Positions 25,853-35,211 of a stretch of DNA of 64,000 bases are shown here, piece after piece. The translations under genes were made by a program, and so were the position numbers. The DNA comes from a virus: the IMG/VR virus record IMGVR_UViG_3300017754_001832. One strand, given 5' to 3'. Numbering within the stretch: position 1 is the stretch's first letter; each line of letters opens with the position of its first letter. The notes beneath the pieces are model-generated. The model made no database searches and was not told the origin of the DNA. It saw only the letters and a program-made list of their open reading frames with translations.

Positions 25853-26215
25853 CTACAGGCCGGCGGCTTTGAGGGCCGCCGTCAGTTGGGCGAGCGCCGC
25901 GAACACCGCAGCCGTGGTGTCAGACGCTTCGAGAGCGGCGCCATCAGCGTAGAGCTTACGGGCCTTCTTCACAGCGGCTTCCACATTGTCGAGGAGCGGG
26001 ACGAGCTTCGCGGCTGCGTCTTGGTCGATGAGACCAGAGCGGCCGGCGATGATGACCCGGTCGAGCGCGAAGCCGTAGAGGTCTTCGAGCGTGAGCAGGG
26101 CCTTCTCGTCGTAGGTCGCGACCTGCTCGTTCTGAGTCAGGCCAGCGAGTTGCGCGCAACCTGCTGCCGAGAACGGCAGCAGGGCGAGCGCGAGGGCGAG
26201 CGCGATCTTTTTCAT
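25853..26215 (-). CDS. Lipoprotein (120 aa), possible outer-membrane spanin component
   Basis: Internal ATG (MKKIALALALALLPFSAAGC...), a classic lipobox. Ends with TAG. Confidence 0.6.
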   Translation of the reverse strand: MKKIALALALALLPFSAAGCAQLAGLTQNEQVATYDEKALLTLEDLYGFALDRVIIAGRSGLIDQDAAAKLVPLLDNVEAAVKKARKLYADGAALEASDTTAAVFAALAQLTAALKAAGL

Positions 26216-26226
26216 TGGGTGATGTC

Positions 26227-26439
26227 CTACTGCGGCTTCACGCCCATCGGCGTGGTCGTGACCGCGCGGAGGGCGACGTTGAGGGCAGCCCAGGCCGCGA
26301 TCAGCGCGTCTTCCGCGTTGTCGAGACCGAGGCCGAGGCCAGCGAGGGCTTTCACCGCCTCGTCGCCCCACAGCACGCCGGCCACAGCGATGGCGACGTT
26401 GAAGGCGACGGTGCGGTAGCCACGGAATTTCTTCAGCAT
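26227..26439 (-). CDS. Small membrane protein (70 aa), possible holin
   Basis: Two hydrophobic segments. GGAG RBS. Ends with TAG. Confidence 0.45.
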   Translation of the reverse strand: MLKKFRGYRTVAFNVAIAVAGVLWGDEAVKALAGLGLGLDNAEDALIAAWAALNVALRAVTTTPMGVKPQ

Positions 26440-26458
26440 GGTAGTTCTCCGGTTCGTC

Positions 26459-26509
26459 TGAGGTCACAGGTTGCGACCGCTTGAGACCACAAGCTGTGAC
26501 CTCAAGCGG
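26459..26509 (-). promoter_or_regulatory. Two mutually exclusive hairpins in an intergenic spacer
   Basis: Stem A pairs 26459-26469 with 26494-26504 (11 bp). Stem B pairs 26477-26485 with 26501-26509 (9 bp). They share 26501-26504. Confidence 0.4.
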
Positions 26510-26525
26510 ATTGAACGTCAACTCG

Positions 26526-26747
26526 TTAGCCCGGATCGCCCGTGAAGAACTGGCTGTTCGAGTCGTTGAGGCCGGTCTGGACCGCCAGCACGTCAGCTTC
26601 GAGAGCAGTGACGCGAGCGGCGACGGCGGCGAGCGCGGTGTCGATCAGGCCGAAGCCGGTGCGAACCGAGTTCTGGAGCGCGACATGCCCGTAGACGGAC
26701 AGCGGCAGGGAGTAGTTTGCGGTGACGGGCGGGGTGACGGCGGCCAT
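26526..26747 (-). CDS. Small fibre-associated protein (73 aa) carrying DSNS
   Basis: AGGAG RBS. Coiled-coil ALAAVAARVTALEADVLAVQ. Contains LNDSNSQ. Confidence 0.6.
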   Translation of the reverse strand: MAAVTPPVTANYSLPLSVYGHVALQNSVRTGFGLIDTALAAVAARVTALEADVLAVQTGLNDSNSQFFTGDPG

Positions 26748-26833
26748 GGGACTTCTCCTGAGTTTGGGCCGCTTTGTCGCGGCACCTTCGATGCCCCAAG
26801 AGATAGCGGATCAGAGGCCCGCAGTGCAACCCC

Positions 26834-27562
26834 TCAGTCGGGCAGCCGGAAACACTGCTCCAGCGGCTCATACGGAGCCTCTGGGATGCCCGGCTCGGTC
26901 GCCCGCACCACCGGAACCCCCAGCGTCGCGAGCTTCAGGACGACCTGCGTGAGGCTCGCGGCGAACTTCGGGTAGTTGGCGGCAAGGGTCTTGCGCTTGT
27001 GCTTGTCGTGCCACTGCGTCGCACCGTCCTTGCCCATCTGCATGTCGATCCCGAATAGGACTATTTTCCTAGCCCCGAGGTGATAGGCGAGGTTCACCGC
27101 CTGCGTCCCTGAGTCCCATCCGTGCAGGATCGAGGGCGTCGTCGAGAAGTTCCTCCGGTCACGCCAGTAGCGGAAGATGCGGGGGTGGTTCACGGTCGCC
27201 ACGTCCGAGGTCGCGGTCGAGATCGGGCCCTCGAACTTCGCGAGCACGTCCTTGCTGTTCCACTGCCACCACGAGGCGTCAGCGAAGTGCAGCCAATCGG
27301 CCCACGGCGCGATCTCGTAGCTCTGGTTCACGGCGATGCTTGCGCTCTGCTTCGCGACCGAGATGTCGAAGCCCTTCAGCGACGGCCCGCCGCCGATGAT
27401 CGACACGACCTGTCCCTCGAAGATGCGAGCGTGCGTGTGAGGCTGGATGCCTCGCGGCGCGTGCGGGTTGTGGCCTGGCTTGATCCGCCCGGCGAACGCC
27501 GCGTGCTTCTTCTCTGCCGCCGCGAGCGCCTTGCGCACTCGCCATGGAACGCCGTCCTTCAT
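26834..27562 (-). CDS. DUF115 / Maf-like (MptE-like fold) putative glycosyltransferase (242 aa)
   Basis: IIGGGPSL glycine loop, SIAVNQ, ARKIVLFGIDM. Same pattern as the 55645..56265 product. Lies next to the tail-fibre genes. Confidence 0.5.
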   Translation of the reverse strand: MKDGVPWRVRKALAAAEKKHAAFAGRIKPGHNPHAPRGIQPHTHARIFEGQVVSIIGGGPSLKGFDISVAKQSASIAVNQSYEIAPWADWLHFADASWWQWNSKDVLAKFEGPISTATSDVATVNHPRIFRYWRDRRNFSTTPSILHGWDSGTQAVNLAYHLGARKIVLFGIDMQMGKDGATQWHDKHKRKTLAANYPKFAASLTQVVLKLATLGVPVVRATEPGIPEAPYEPLEQCFRLPD

Positions 27563-28884
27563 TACGTCACCACAAAGATCAATCCGGAGTTGGTGGAGTC
27601 GACCGCGCCGCCGCCCGATCCATCTGTCATCGCGAGAGCCATGAACAGGAAGGCCGTGCCGGGCGCCGTCGTGAAGTCGAGATCGAAGCCGTCGCTCGTG
27701 AACGCATCGAACTCCGCAGCGAGGATTCCGTCAACGGTCGGGTCGCCGAGCGTGAGCAGGCTGCCGTCGCTGTTGCTGTAGTTGATCGAGTTCGACGGGT
27801 CCACGCCGTTCTGGCTCGCCAGCGAATACATGCCCGGCTCGGCTGCGGTGTAGACCGACATGTAGCTCGTGGCGTTGTTCGCGTCCGGACCCGATGGCGT
27901 GTTGATCGTGGTCGAGCCGCCGCCGGCCAGCACGAGGATGTCAGGCGTGAAGCCGACACCCGTGTAGCTCTGCACGCCGGTCGATGTCTTGGTGAGGAAG
28001 TCGTCGAGGTGGAAGTCCACGCCGGGCGCCTTGATCGCGAGCGCCGACATGATGATGCTGGAGTGCGAGGCCGACGGCGTGACGCTGTAGCCGCTCGCGT
28101 CGTAGTCGCCGATGGTGACTTGCGCACCAAGGGTCGGAGACGTGCCTCCATTGAGGAAGACCGCGATCCGGTTGTCGAGCATGCAGAAGTTCGAGCGGTT
28201 GACCGTGAGCGTGCCAGAGCCATCGCGCCGGCCAATGCAACGCTGCGTGTTCGAGCCGTCGTTGAGTCCGATGCCGAACGTGAACAGGCCGAAGCCGGCG
28301 CTGCTCGACGAGAGGCCAGTTGCCGATCTGGCGCAGTGCGCCGCGAACACGATGTCAGGCTCGAAGCCCGGCGCGGTCTGGTCGAGAGCAGACGTGCCCG
28401 TGCCGAGGTCGATATTATTGAGGTGCGCCTGGCAGTCCGATCCGCCGAACACGATGAGCGTGAACTGCCTCGTGTTGCCGAGCGAGATCGGCGCGTTGGT
28501 GAAGTCGAGGCTCACCTCGTCCACGTCGACTCCGGTGAGGTAGACTTCCCAATTCTGACTGAAGGTGCCGCCCGTGTAGACGAGCCGGTTCTCGTATCGC
28601 GTGTTGGATGATTGGACGGAGTTTCCGTCCTGAATAATCATCTTGTGCTCGGCATGTTTCGAGGAGTCGATTGCGCTGTTGCTATCGTCCACGGCCACCG
28701 CGAAGCCGACCGACATCTCAGGCCCGGTCGAAGTGGAGAGCGCCGTGCCTGCCGTCCCGTTGGCCGGGTCGTGCGAGTTCGAGATGAGGACCACCGCAAC
28801 AGGAATCTCGCCGCCCATATCCACGGCGAAGTCCACGACGCCTTTTGCGGCCTGCGTGAAGGTGACGACTGCGACCCTTGCCAT
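27562..28884 (-). CDS. Virion structural protein (440 aa), fibre or baseplate-associated
   Basis: Ser/Thr/Gly/Asp-rich. Internal duplication. Contains VDDSNSA. Position in the tail module. Confidence 0.7.
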   Translation of the reverse strand: MARVAVVTFTQAAKGVVDFAVDMGGEIPVAVVLISNSHDPANGTAGTALSTSTGPEMSVGFAVAVDDSNSAIDSSKHAEHKMIIQDGNSVQSSNTRYENRLVYTGGTFSQNWEVYLTGVDVDEVSLDFTNAPISLGNTRQFTLIVFGGSDCQAHLNNIDLGTGTSALDQTAPGFEPDIVFAAHCARSATGLSSSSAGFGLFTFGIGLNDGSNTQRCIGRRDGSGTLTVNRSNFCMLDNRIAVFLNGGTSPTLGAQVTIGDYDASGYSVTPSASHSSIIMSALAIKAPGVDFHLDDFLTKTSTGVQSYTGVGFTPDILVLAGGGSTTINTPSGPDANNATSYMSVYTAAEPGMYSLASQNGVDPSNSINYSNSDGSLLTLGDPTVDGILAAEFDAFTSDGFDLDFTTAPGTAFLFMALAMTDGSGGGAVDSTNSGLIFVVT

Positions 28885-29807
28885 TAGCCGATCCTCGAAC
28901 CCATGAGCGTGATCGAGATGCCGAGCAGCGCACCGAGCGATGCCGGCGCGACGATGCCAAGCCGATCACCAGCGGCGAACGAAGTGGCGCTGGCGAACGT
29001 GAAGACGCCCGTCTGCGATCCGCCGTCGAACGTCAGCGTGCCGATGCTCGATCCGTTCTTCTGGATGTCGAAGGCGATGCTGGCCGAGTTGGAGTCATCC
29101 GTGGTCGGGGTCTCCGCCCACGACTGCGATCCCGTGAGGTTGATCGGCAGGATGAACGGGCGGCTCGCCACGTAGGTCACGCGGCGGTTGGCGTCGCCCG
29201 ATCCACCGACGAAGAAGAACGCGGGGTCGAGGACGCGGAGTCGACCGTAGAGGTCGTCCAGTGCGCCCTGCACCGTGGTCTCATCAGAGTTCGAGTCGCC
29301 GCCGTCGCCCGAGTTGTAGGTCACGCTCGAAGCGTCAGGCGTGCCGCCGACCGAACGGATGCGCGCATAGAGATCGTCGAGCGCGTCGCCGACGTTCGTC
29401 TCTGCCGAGTTGGAGTCTCCCGTGTCGCCCGCATCGTATCCGATGTCCGTGGCGACCAGCGTGCCCGAGCCCGCGATAGCGACCCACGCGGCGCCGTTGA
29501 AACGGTACTTCGTGGAGTCACCGATGTTCCAGACCTCCCACCCTTCGAGCGGCGTGATGTAGGACCACGCGGCGCCGAAGTAGTAGATGATCGAGTTCGC
29601 GGCTCCAGAGTTGGAGTCTTCCGCAGACAGGATGTGACGGTCGCCCTCGGTCGGGGCGTCCGGAAGCTCCGTGACGAAGCTGAAGACCACCGGCTGCGTG
29701 AGCACGGAGAGCTTGGTGAGGTCGGCTGTATAGCCGGGCCCCCAGCCATCCTCGCCGATGCTGTAGCCGACTGATAGTCCAAGACCGGGTGCGCTGGATG
29801 CGGGCAT
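28884..29807 (-). CDS. Tail-fibre-like protein (307 aa) with four DSNS motifs
   Basis: Repeats GDSNSAETNVGDALDDLYARI and GDSNSDETTVQGALDDLYGRL, plus EDSNSG and DDSNSA. Confidence 0.7.
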   Translation of the reverse strand: MPASSAPGLGLSVGYSIGEDGWGPGYTADLTKLSVLTQPVVFSFVTELPDAPTEGDRHILSAEDSNSGAANSIIYYFGAAWSYITPLEGWEVWNIGDSTKYRFNGAAWVAIAGSGTLVATDIGYDAGDTGDSNSAETNVGDALDDLYARIRSVGGTPDASSVTYNSGDGGDSNSDETTVQGALDDLYGRLRVLDPAFFFVGGSGDANRRVTYVASRPFILPINLTGSQSWAETPTTDDSNSASIAFDIQKNGSSIGTLTFDGGSQTGVFTFASATSFAAGDRLGIVAPASLGALLGISITLMGSRIG

Positions 29808-29809
29808 GA

Positions 29810-32119
29810 TTAGGCTCCTCCGCCGAAGGTATATCCGAAGTTGAGGCCAAAGCCACCATAACCAACTCGGATCAGAAGGTCGTGGCCCTGAATGCTTTCA
29901 TTGCCGTCCGCGTCCACCGCCTTGACGTTGACGCGGATCAGGGTCTTGCCGGCGTAGTCGTAGGGGTTGAGCACGTAGCTCTCGCCCGTGATCCCTGCGT
30001 GCGTGGCGATCAGGACATCGCTCGCGCTGTAGATGCGGACAGTGGTCGTCACCCCGGCCGGCGGAGTGAGGCCGTCGTCATCCCACCCATAGACCGTGGT
30101 CTCTTCCATGTCGCGGTTGCGGAGCGCCCATGTGATGGTGATGTCGCCGTCTGCCTCGGCCACCGCGATCAGGTCGATCTCGCCGAACCCCGTCCCGTTG
30201 GCGCGCACCTTGGCGGGCCGGATCGGATCGGTCGGACGGTTGCTGACGGTGACAGGGATCGCCGTGGCGTCGTCGATGGCGAGCGTGCCGAGCGAGGTCT
30301 TGGGCAGCACCTTGTAGTTCACCGTCTGCCCGTCAGCGAGCGCCGTGGCGTCACCGAACTGCACCGTGGATGACAGGAACCAGATTTCCGTGCCGGCATC
30401 CCACGCCTTGGGAGTGGTGTCGAGCATGCCGCGCTTCACCGTCCACACGTTGTTCGAGTCGATCTCGGACAGGAAGGCGATCTCCTGCTCGTCCTCGTCG
30501 CCGCCGATCAGCACGAAGCCGTCGATCTCCGGGCCGGTGCCTGCCGTGGCGGTGCCGAACTCGATCTGCGATTCAGACTCCGCGTCGAGCGCGTCCACCA
30601 AGGTCGAGCGACCCGTGAGCATGCGCTCGCCGAGGTTGCCATACTCCACGGTGCCGCCGAGCGTCGTCTGCTCGCTCCAGAGTTCATAGCGCGAAGTGTC
30701 GCCATCCGTCTGCGTCGCCAGGATCGCGGCGAAGCTCTCGTCAGGATCAGGGAACGCGCCCGAAAACTGCGCGATGAAGAACGCGGGCATCGTGAAGGTC
30801 TTCGTGAACGGAGCCTCGGAAGGCGTCGCGCCGTCCGTGTGCAGCGTCTCGGGCGGAGCATAGTACGCACCAACGCGGAAGCCGAAGATGTCTTCTATCA
30901 GCGTGAGCCTGATCTTCGAGTCGGTCGTCTTGCCATAGTCCACGGAGCCGATGCGGAAGATCACGCTGTAGAGGCCGAGCGCCGCGTTCGAGACCTTGAT
31001 GACGCCGCCGGGCACGATCTGCGGATTGGTCGTGCGGAAGATTTCAAGCTCGCACGTCGCCAGCGGGGCAGACGCGGTCTGCGTGTCACGCACCGCCAGC
31101 TTCGTCGCCAGGTCCGCGCTGCGCACGCCATAGTAGTCGCGGTTGTCCGAGACCACGGCGCCCTGTGCGATCACGTTGCCGAGGTCTTGCCACGAGACGG
31201 TGGCCTTGTCCTCGTTGAGCGGGTTCGTGAAGCTGACGACGATCTCGTTGATCGTCTCGCCCCATGACTTCCGCTGGAAGTTGGTGAGCTTGGCGTTCGA
31301 CTCATCGAACTCCGGAAGCGTCGCGATGTCGTAGTCTGCACGCAGGAGCTTGATGTGGAACAGGCCGTCGGCCGGGTCCGTGTAAACGGTCGCCTGAATG
31401 TGGTCGAGGACTTCGCTGATGAAGCTCTCGGGAGTGTCCTGCTCGAACCACCCCATGCTCAAACCGAAGCCCTCGTCGGTGAGGGTCTGCGCCGCGTCGA
31501 TGAAGGATGCAGTGTGGATGCCCGCAGCAGAGCCGCCCATGAGGTTCGGGTCCACGAGCACGTCGTAGATGATATGGATCGGGTTGCAGTCGTCGCCGAT
31601 CATGGCGGTGTCTGCCGGCAGCACGCCAGCGGTGTATTCGGGCTCGCCCGTCACCTTGACCCACGCGGTCTTCAGGTAGGGGTTGTTGTATCCCCACACG
31701 AAGCCGGGAAGCGTGTAGCCCGGCGTGCCCGGCACGAGCGGGATGCCGTATGCGGTGCGAACGATCTCCGTGCCACCGACGAGGGTGGCGTTGCCGGTCA
31801 TGAAGACGGAGGCGAAGCCACGAAAGCCAGGGCAGGTGTCAGTCGTCCGACCAAGGCGGGCCGCCAACTCCTCGGGGATGGTCTGCGTTTCGTCGCCGGG
31901 CAGGAAGAACACGCTGCCTTCGACGCCGCCTTCTTTCTGGTTGCCGCCGAAGAGGTCGGGCTTGTTGAGGTCGATCACCTCCATGCTGGAGATGTCGCCT
32001 TCCCATGCCAGCTTCTCGCCGAAGTACAGGCCGCGCAGACGCACCGGCCCCAGACACACCCCGAAGTGCGTCGAGAGCCGGTACTCGGCAACCCTCATCT
32101 TCTGTGACTTACCGCCCAT
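29810..32119 (-). CDS. Host-specificity (lambda J / GTA g15-like) protein, main part (769 aa)
   Basis: Start MGGKSQKMRVAEYRLSTHFGVCLGPV... resembles the segment just after the GGGKGG loop of J/g15-like proteins. Size and position also fit. Confidence 0.75.
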   Translation of the reverse strand: MGGKSQKMRVAEYRLSTHFGVCLGPVRLRGLYFGEKLAWEGDISSMEVIDLNKPDLFGGNQKEGGVEGSVFFLPGDETQTIPEELAARLGRTTDTCPGFRGFASVFMTGNATLVGGTEIVRTAYGIPLVPGTPGYTLPGFVWGYNNPYLKTAWVKVTGEPEYTAGVLPADTAMIGDDCNPIHIIYDVLVDPNLMGGSAAGIHTASFIDAAQTLTDEGFGLSMGWFEQDTPESFISEVLDHIQATVYTDPADGLFHIKLLRADYDIATLPEFDESNAKLTNFQRKSWGETINEIVVSFTNPLNEDKATVSWQDLGNVIAQGAVVSDNRDYYGVRSADLATKLAVRDTQTASAPLATCELEIFRTTNPQIVPGGVIKVSNAALGLYSVIFRIGSVDYGKTTDSKIRLTLIEDIFGFRVGAYYAPPETLHTDGATPSEAPFTKTFTMPAFFIAQFSGAFPDPDESFAAILATQTDGDTSRYELWSEQTTLGGTVEYGNLGERMLTGRSTLVDALDAESESQIEFGTATAGTGPEIDGFVLIGGDEDEQEIAFLSEIDSNNVWTVKRGMLDTTPKAWDAGTEIWFLSSTVQFGDATALADGQTVNYKVLPKTSLGTLAIDDATAIPVTVSNRPTDPIRPAKVRANGTGFGEIDLIAVAEADGDITITWALRNRDMEETTVYGWDDDGLTPPAGVTTTVRIYSASDVLIATHAGITGESYVLNPYDYAGKTLIRVNVKAVDADGNESIQGHDLLIRVGYGGFGLNFGYTFGGGA

Positions 32120-32309
32120 TGCGAACCCTCTTCGCTTCGACAACCTTGCGCGCGAGTGCGTCACCCGCAGCGATCAAGTCAGCCGCAGGTAATCCTTCGC
32201 GCAAAAACGCCTTGAAGTCCAATCCGTGAAGCTCGAACCATTTGCGGGCGCCCTTCACGCAGAAGCCGGCAGCCCGAATGTCCGCAATGTGTATGCGTTC
32301 TTCGGACAT
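32109..32309 (-). CDS. Small protein (66 aa) inserted inside the host-specificity gene
   Basis: TAATG overlap upstream. The downstream ATG lies 8 nt before its stop. MSEERIHIADIRAAGFCVKGARKWFELHGLDF... Confidence 0.6.
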   Translation of the reverse strand: MSEERIHIADIRAAGFCVKGARKWFELHGLDFKAFLREGLPAADLIAAGDALARKVVEAKRVRNGR

Positions 32310-32557
32310 TACTTCTTCCCTCCGCCGGTCTTCACCTCGAACTCCCGCACGTTCTTATCGCCGTACCAGAGCAGGTTGATCCCCTTGACCGTGAGTGTGC
32401 CCCAGACGCGCGGCATCGGCTTCCCTGCCTCGGCGACGGGGTTCTCCAGGTCTTTCGCGGACTCTGTCTTCGGGCCCTTGGGCTTGGGCAGGATGAGTTG
32501 CGCCGCGACCGAGATCGCGATGGCGATGAGGATTTGAATGACCCACTGATATACCAT
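32309..32557 (-). CDS. Host-specificity protein, N-terminal fragment (82 aa)
   Basis: N-terminal TM helix, then PKPKGPK...PMPRVWGTLTVKGINLLWYGD...KTGGGKK, as in J/g15 N-termini. Confidence 0.65.
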   Translation of the reverse strand: MVYQWVIQILIAIAISVAAQLILPKPKGPKTESAKDLENPVAEAGKPMPRVWGTLTVKGINLLWYGDKNVREFEVKTGGGKK

Positions 32558-32560
32558 GCG

Positions 32561-33439
32561 TCACCCGTATGTGTTGACTTGGCCGCCGACCGGATTCGCA
32601 ACAGGAATCCAAGGGCAGCCGCCGAAGTTGTGGATGTTCGAGTGCAGGGCCGTGCAGTGATCCATCTGGTGATTGCACCCGAGGGAGATGCGAACGGCCT
32701 GCGTGGTGAGCAACGTCGTCGGGCCCGTCATGTAGACCGTGTAGCCGTTCGACGACTCCGCCACCTCAAGCACGGTCCTGATCTCGACGTTGCCGGCCGG
32801 CGTCGTCCATTCGATGACACCGCCCTTGAAGTTCTCGATCATGCTCTCCGGTGCGAAGCCATCGGGCAGCCCAAGCTCCACGGCGTTCTCGACTACGGAG
32901 TTCGGGATCACGGTGAAGGTGGCCGCCGCCTTGTTCGCGTTGCACGCCTTCGGCCCGGTCGTGTAGAGCGTGTGCGTGCAGGTGAGTTGGAAGTTCCGGC
33001 GGAGCGCCACGCGCCGCAGCGAGGTCGCCAGAGGTTCGCACGTGAGCACGCACTGATGCGACCCATCGCCTTCGTGCTTGCCGTTGAGCACCCTGCCAAT
33101 CCAGATCGAGCGCCACTCGGTGTCCGCCTCGGACAGGTGGCCGCGCATGATGGTCATGGAGATCGGATACGACGGAGGATATGCGCGATAGAGTTGCGCG
33201 ATAGCCGCCGTCGTGGGCACGCGGAGTTCGAGGCTCTTGCGGTCGAGCGTGCCGCTCGCGCTGATCTTCCCGGCGGAGACCGGAATCGGTTCGTAGGTCA
33301 CGCCATCCTTGACGATGGCCTGCTCCGCGTCCGTGTAGCCGTACACCGAGAGAGTCCCGACACCATACCTGAAGAGGATCAGGTTGACGGGCATCCCGTG
33401 CTCGCGGCTCTCGTCATACTCGTCATAGGCGTTCGTCAT
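32561..33439 (-). CDS. DUF2163 / BR0599-type distal tail protein (GTA g13-like), 292 aa
   Basis: Internal ATG with ATGA overlap. C-terminal CNHQMDHCTALHSNIHNFGGCPWIP matches the conserved Cys/NFGG signature. Confidence 0.75.
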   Translation of the reverse strand: MTNAYDEYDESREHGMPVNLILFRYGVGTLSVYGYTDAEQAIVKDGVTYEPIPVSAGKISASGTLDRKSLELRVPTTAAIAQLYRAYPPSYPISMTIMRGHLSEADTEWRSIWIGRVLNGKHEGDGSHQCVLTCEPLATSLRRVALRRNFQLTCTHTLYTTGPKACNANKAAATFTVIPNSVVENAVELGLPDGFAPESMIENFKGGVIEWTTPAGNVEIRTVLEVAESSNGYTVYMTGPTTLLTTQAVRISLGCNHQMDHCTALHSNIHNFGGCPWIPVANPVGGQVNTYG

Positions 33440-35211
33440 CAGACGATCTCCGAGTTCGATTGGTCGTCGCCATCCTTGGCGACCCACGGTTGAGTTTGCA
33501 CAGTGAAGCTGACCTGGCAAACTTCATCCGTCAGGAACTCGAAGGTCGCCTGATCGGTGGCGAAGCGCCACAGCGTCACCCAGCAAATCTTGTCGATGTC
33601 TGCGAGGTCGATGTCCTGCCCAATCGTCTCGGTGAGTTGGATGGTGCTCTGCCCTTCTCCGGTCGAGTCGAGTTCGGCGAAGATGTCCGCGATCTGCTTG
33701 TAGACGATGGTGCCGTCGAGCAGGACAATCGCGATGCCGGCGCCATAGCGCACCGGGTCTTCGGCGTAGGTGCCCGCGAAGTCGACTCCGTCCACCACAA
33801 TGATGTCGTCGCCCGAGAGCATGTCCTGCGCGGCGTCGATGTCATACTCCCACGTCGGCATGTAGAACTCGCGGCACTGGCCGGCGCAACGGAAGAAGAA
33901 CTTCCGCAGCATCTCCGATTGCTCGAAGTCGCGGCCTGTGTAGTTGAGCACGAGACGGCGCTGCTGGAAGTCCTGATCCGCGATGCGGTCCACACGACCG
34001 ACATCGAAGTTGATGAAGATCGTCGGGTGGAAGTCCAGCGTCTCGGGCGGGTCGGCCCAATTCGGCTTCTCCAGCCACAGTTCCCGGTTGTCGAACGTGT
34101 AGAGCGGCGAGGATGTGGGCTCGATTGCCTGCGTGCCCGGCCGCACGAAGAAGTTCGGCGTGATCGTCTGCACCGTGTTGGTGAGCATGTTGCCGCCCGT
34201 CTCGTCGCCAATGAAGGCCGAGAGCGCGGGGAATATCTTGGTGCCGACGGGCCACTCGATCTCGTCGTCCGACTTGAAGAGGACCAGAGGCGCGCTGTTG
34301 GAGTCCTCGCTCTGCAAGTCGATGCGGCGCAGAGACCAATTCGTTCCATCGTAGAGGATGACGTAGGCGTTGGTCTCCGCCAGCCACCACGGGATGTCGC
34401 CGTCGATGTACGCCTCAAGACCGTTCGCCGGGATCACGGCGGAGGTCGTGACATAGCGCGTCATCTCAGGAACGAAGAACCGACCGCGCTGGTTGCCGGT
34501 CATCAGGCGTTGATACTCGCGACGCTCTGCGCGCTTGAGCGCGATCTCGAACTCCAGAGACATACGCGGCGTCTGGCGATACTGGATGCGCTGCTCGCGC
34601 CCGTTCGCCGAGGAGATGACCTCGGTGCGGAACTCGTATTGGATCGTGTAGGACGACGACCAATTAGGACGGTATTCCCAGACCTGATCGGTGAGCGTCG
34701 GCGTGCGGAAGCCCGTCACGTCGAGCGTCAGGATGTCGCCGAGGTTGAAGGCCAGTGTGAAGGAGTCGGACAGGACCGTCGATCCATCGCCAAGCGCCGT
34801 GAACGCGAGGGTTTGAATCTGCAAGGCACTGAGGTTCACAGGAACCGAGCCATCGTAGGAGACCTCGGTCCCGATAGCCGGCGTCACCGTGTTGAGCACG
34901 GCGTCATCGAAGTAGGCGTTCCACACCTGCACGTTGATCGTCGTGTCCGCAGCGAAGGTGCCGTAGGCCAGTTCGCTCGGGATCAGGTAGAAGCGGAAGT
35001 AGAAGTCATCGAACATCGTGAACTGGCGCGAGCCGGTGCGCGTCTCGCCGAGTTCCTGCACCATGAAGTAGTTCGTCCCTGGTCCGAGGACAGAGGACGC
35101 CGTGTCCTCGCCATGGATGCGGGCGCCGGATTGCACGCCGCCAGCGACGCCGGTTGCAGCATTGCCCGGCGTCGTGAAGGTCTCCATGAGAGGCTGGATC
35201 GAGCTAGCCAT
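33439..35211 (-). CDS. Distal tail / baseplate protein (590 aa)
   Basis: Position between the tape-measure-proximal genes and DUF2163. Contains EDSNSA. C-terminus reads DDQSNSEIV. Confidence 0.7.
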   Translation of the reverse strand: MASSIQPLMETFTTPGNAATGVAGGVQSGARIHGEDTASSVLGPGTNYFMVQELGETRTGSRQFTMFDDFYFRFYLIPSELAYGTFAADTTINVQVWNAYFDDAVLNTVTPAIGTEVSYDGSVPVNLSALQIQTLAFTALGDGSTVLSDSFTLAFNLGDILTLDVTGFRTPTLTDQVWEYRPNWSSSYTIQYEFRTEVISSANGREQRIQYRQTPRMSLEFEIALKRAERREYQRLMTGNQRGRFFVPEMTRYVTTSAVIPANGLEAYIDGDIPWWLAETNAYVILYDGTNWSLRRIDLQSEDSNSAPLVLFKSDDEIEWPVGTKIFPALSAFIGDETGGNMLTNTVQTITPNFFVRPGTQAIEPTSSPLYTFDNRELWLEKPNWADPPETLDFHPTIFINFDVGRVDRIADQDFQQRRLVLNYTGRDFEQSEMLRKFFFRCAGQCREFYMPTWEYDIDAAQDMLSGDDIIVVDGVDFAGTYAEDPVRYGAGIAIVLLDGTIVYKQIADIFAELDSTGEGQSTIQLTETIGQDIDLADIDKICWVTLWRFATDQATFEFLTDEVCQVSFTVQTQPWVAKDGDDQSNSEIV

